DNA of 58,860 nucleotides from an uncultured Micavibrio sp. (GTDB lineage Bacteria; Pseudomonadota; Alphaproteobacteria; Micavibrionales; Micavibrionaceae): NCBI GenBank assembly GCA_964647515.1, contig CAZYHI010000001.1, positions 1 to 58,860 of the forward strand, read 5' to 3'. Shown piece by piece: positions 57,375 to 58,860 of this stretch (position 1 is its first letter; each line of letters starts with the position of its first letter). The notes under the pieces were generated by a model. It saw only the letters and a program-made list of their open reading frames with translations, ran no database searches and was not told where the DNA came from. The position numbers and the translations under genes were made by a program.

Positions 57375-58860
57375 TTAATTCGCTTGACGACGAAGAAAGG
57401 CAGGAATATCTAAATCTTCTTCTGATGTGCTACGTGTTGCCGCAGGAGAATCAATATTTAATTTTCCTTGTGACGGTTTATCCGTTGTTTTTTCAGCACG
57501 CAAACCAGAATGAAAACCATCTGAAGAAGAGGATTCATCACCTTGGGTTGTCTCACCTTCATCAGCATCTGAACCATTCATCACATTGCCATAGACACCT
57601 GTAATGCGCTCTAACAAAGAAGGTGATTTACGCTTCTCAGCAACTGGAGTATGCGTACCAGAAACAGGTGGGCGTAGAACAAGACCTTGTGTTGGCTGAA
57701 TCATTGATGAAGCTTGAACATCAACAGAAGTAGGCTCAACAACTTGCGTTGGTTGTAGTACTGGCGGTGCCATCACAGGCATTTGTGTTGGTACATAACC
57801 TTGCAACGCCGCCGCAGGGTTATAGACAATATCTTCTTGTTTTTCTGGCACAACAGGACTTGGCGGAATAAAGCTTCCACGGTGAACTTGCCCTCTTATC
57901 TTCGATGCGTTTTGCGGTGCGGCCGTTTGTGGAGCCGCTGGTGCTACAGCATGAAATTCTTGCTGCTCAAACATGTCCGATTTGGGCATATCTGTTTTTG
58001 GCTGTGCTTTAACAGAAGTCGCAGTCGTTTGCTGACGCGCATTCAACGTCATCGCCCGTGCCACTTCAGTTTGTGGTATCGGACGCTGTGTCGTATCAGA
58101 AGTCGCGGTTGCTTTGGCTGTTGTTGCCACCTTCGGTGTTTCCGTACTTATTGGCGTAACAGATTTCGGTTTTGTTGGAACGCTAATACTACCATTGCCA
58201 CCACCCGAAATTGTCTTAGCCCCTTCGGCCGCATCAATCCCTGTTGCCACAACAGAAACACGCATCGTCCCTTCTAATTTCTCATCGAACGTCGAACCAA
58301 AGATAATATTGGCATTCGGATCAACTTCATCACGAATACGGTTACAGGCTTCGTCAACCTCAAACAATGTCATGTCTGCGCCACCGGTTACGTTAATAAT
58401 AACGCCGCGCGCGCCTTGCATAGATACATCATCAAGAAGTGGATTATTAATCGCCGCTTCCGCCGCTTCAATAGCACGACGATCACCTTCGCCTTCACCA
58501 TTACCCATCATCGCTTTACCCATCTCTAACATCGCGCTGCGGATATCGGCAAAGTCCAAATTAATCAGACCTGGCATCACCATCAAATCAGTCACGCCAC
58601 GCACGCCTGATTGCAACACGCCATCGGCCATTTTAAAGGCTTCTGCGAAAGTTGTTTTCTCATTCGCCACGCGGAATAAATTTTGATTTGGAATAACAAT
58701 TAATGTATCAACATAACCCTGCATTTCTTCGATACCGGCTTCGGCTTGTTTCATCCGATGCGTTCCTTCAAAATGGAAAGGCTTGGTCACGACACCAACA
58801 GTTAGGATACCACTATCACGACAGGCTTTGGCAATCACAGGCGCTGCACCTGTTCCTGTT
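57375..58860 (-). CDS. ftsZ: cell division protein FtsZ (5' end outside window)
   Basis: The frame stays open to the window edge (..[12 protein letters not shown], the end of the GGGTGTGAAP tubulin signature). There is a long Pro/Thr/Gln-rich linker and the conserved C-terminal peptide [11 protein letters not shown]. Confidence 0.97.
   Translation of the reverse strand, partial: TGTGAAPVIAKACRDSGILTVGVVTKPFHFEGTHRMKQAEAGIEEMQGYVDTLIVIPNQNLFRVANEKTTFAEAFKMADGVLQSGVRGVTDLMVMPGLINLDFADIRSAMLEMGKAMMGNGEGEGDRRAIEAAEAAINNPLLDDVSMQGARGVIINVTGGADMTLFEVDEACNRIRDEVDPNANIIFGSTFDEKLEGTMRVSVVATGIDAAEGAKTISGGGNGSISVPTKPKSVTPISTETPKVATTAKATATSDTTQRPIPQTEVARAMTLNARQQTTATSVKAQPKTDMPKSDMFEQQEFHAVAPAAPQTAAPQNASKIRGQVHRGSFIPPSPVVPEKQEDIVYNPAAALQGYVPTQMPVMAPPVLQPTQVVEPTSVDVQASSMIQPTQGLVLRPPVSGTHTPVAEKRKSPSLLERITGVYGNVMNGSDADEGETTQGDESSSSDGFHSGLRAEKTTDKPSQGKLNIDSPAATRSTSEEDLDIPAFLRRQAN

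Overview
The window looks like a low-GC alphaproteobacterial chromosome segment. Supporting clues are the conserved ftsZ-lpxC-bamD-recN-ligA and mreBCD-mrdA-rodA blocks, a DUF1476/zeta-BolA-Grx4 group next to purC, a long FtsZ linker, a 482-aa Icd and a GAAC-N7-GAAC SOS-type box. All family calls come from motifs read by eye; no database search was run. Housekeeping genes include acnA, folD, icd, pyrE, nadK, purC and rpmJ (41 aa, absent from the ORF track). Two accessory regions stand out. (1) 11.2-27.5 kb holds about 16 kb of tightly packed, intact minus-strand genes for a short-tailed (T7/BPP-1-like) phage particle: portal, scaffold, capsid, adaptor/nozzle, beta-helix tail fibre, TerL and lysis genes. 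I see no integrase, replication genes, tRNA or att repeats. The cluster sits between core genes, carries host-type palindromic repeats, is interrupted by four opposite-strand cassettes (PilZ, isochorismatase, two small membrane/secreted proteins) and is headed by a promoter overlapped by an SOS-type box next to an S24/HTH regulator. I read it as a candidate domesticated phage or GTA-like element. (2) 38.1-50.1 kb holds a tolC-lssB-lssD type I secretion operon that ends in a CHASE2 class III nucleotide cyclase. It converges, 4 bp apart, on a 1062-aa FecR + FG-GAP + RTX-like putative substrate, which is preceded by a cNMP-binding/EAL phosphodiesterase. No rRNA, tRNA, CRISPR array or transposase was recognised.
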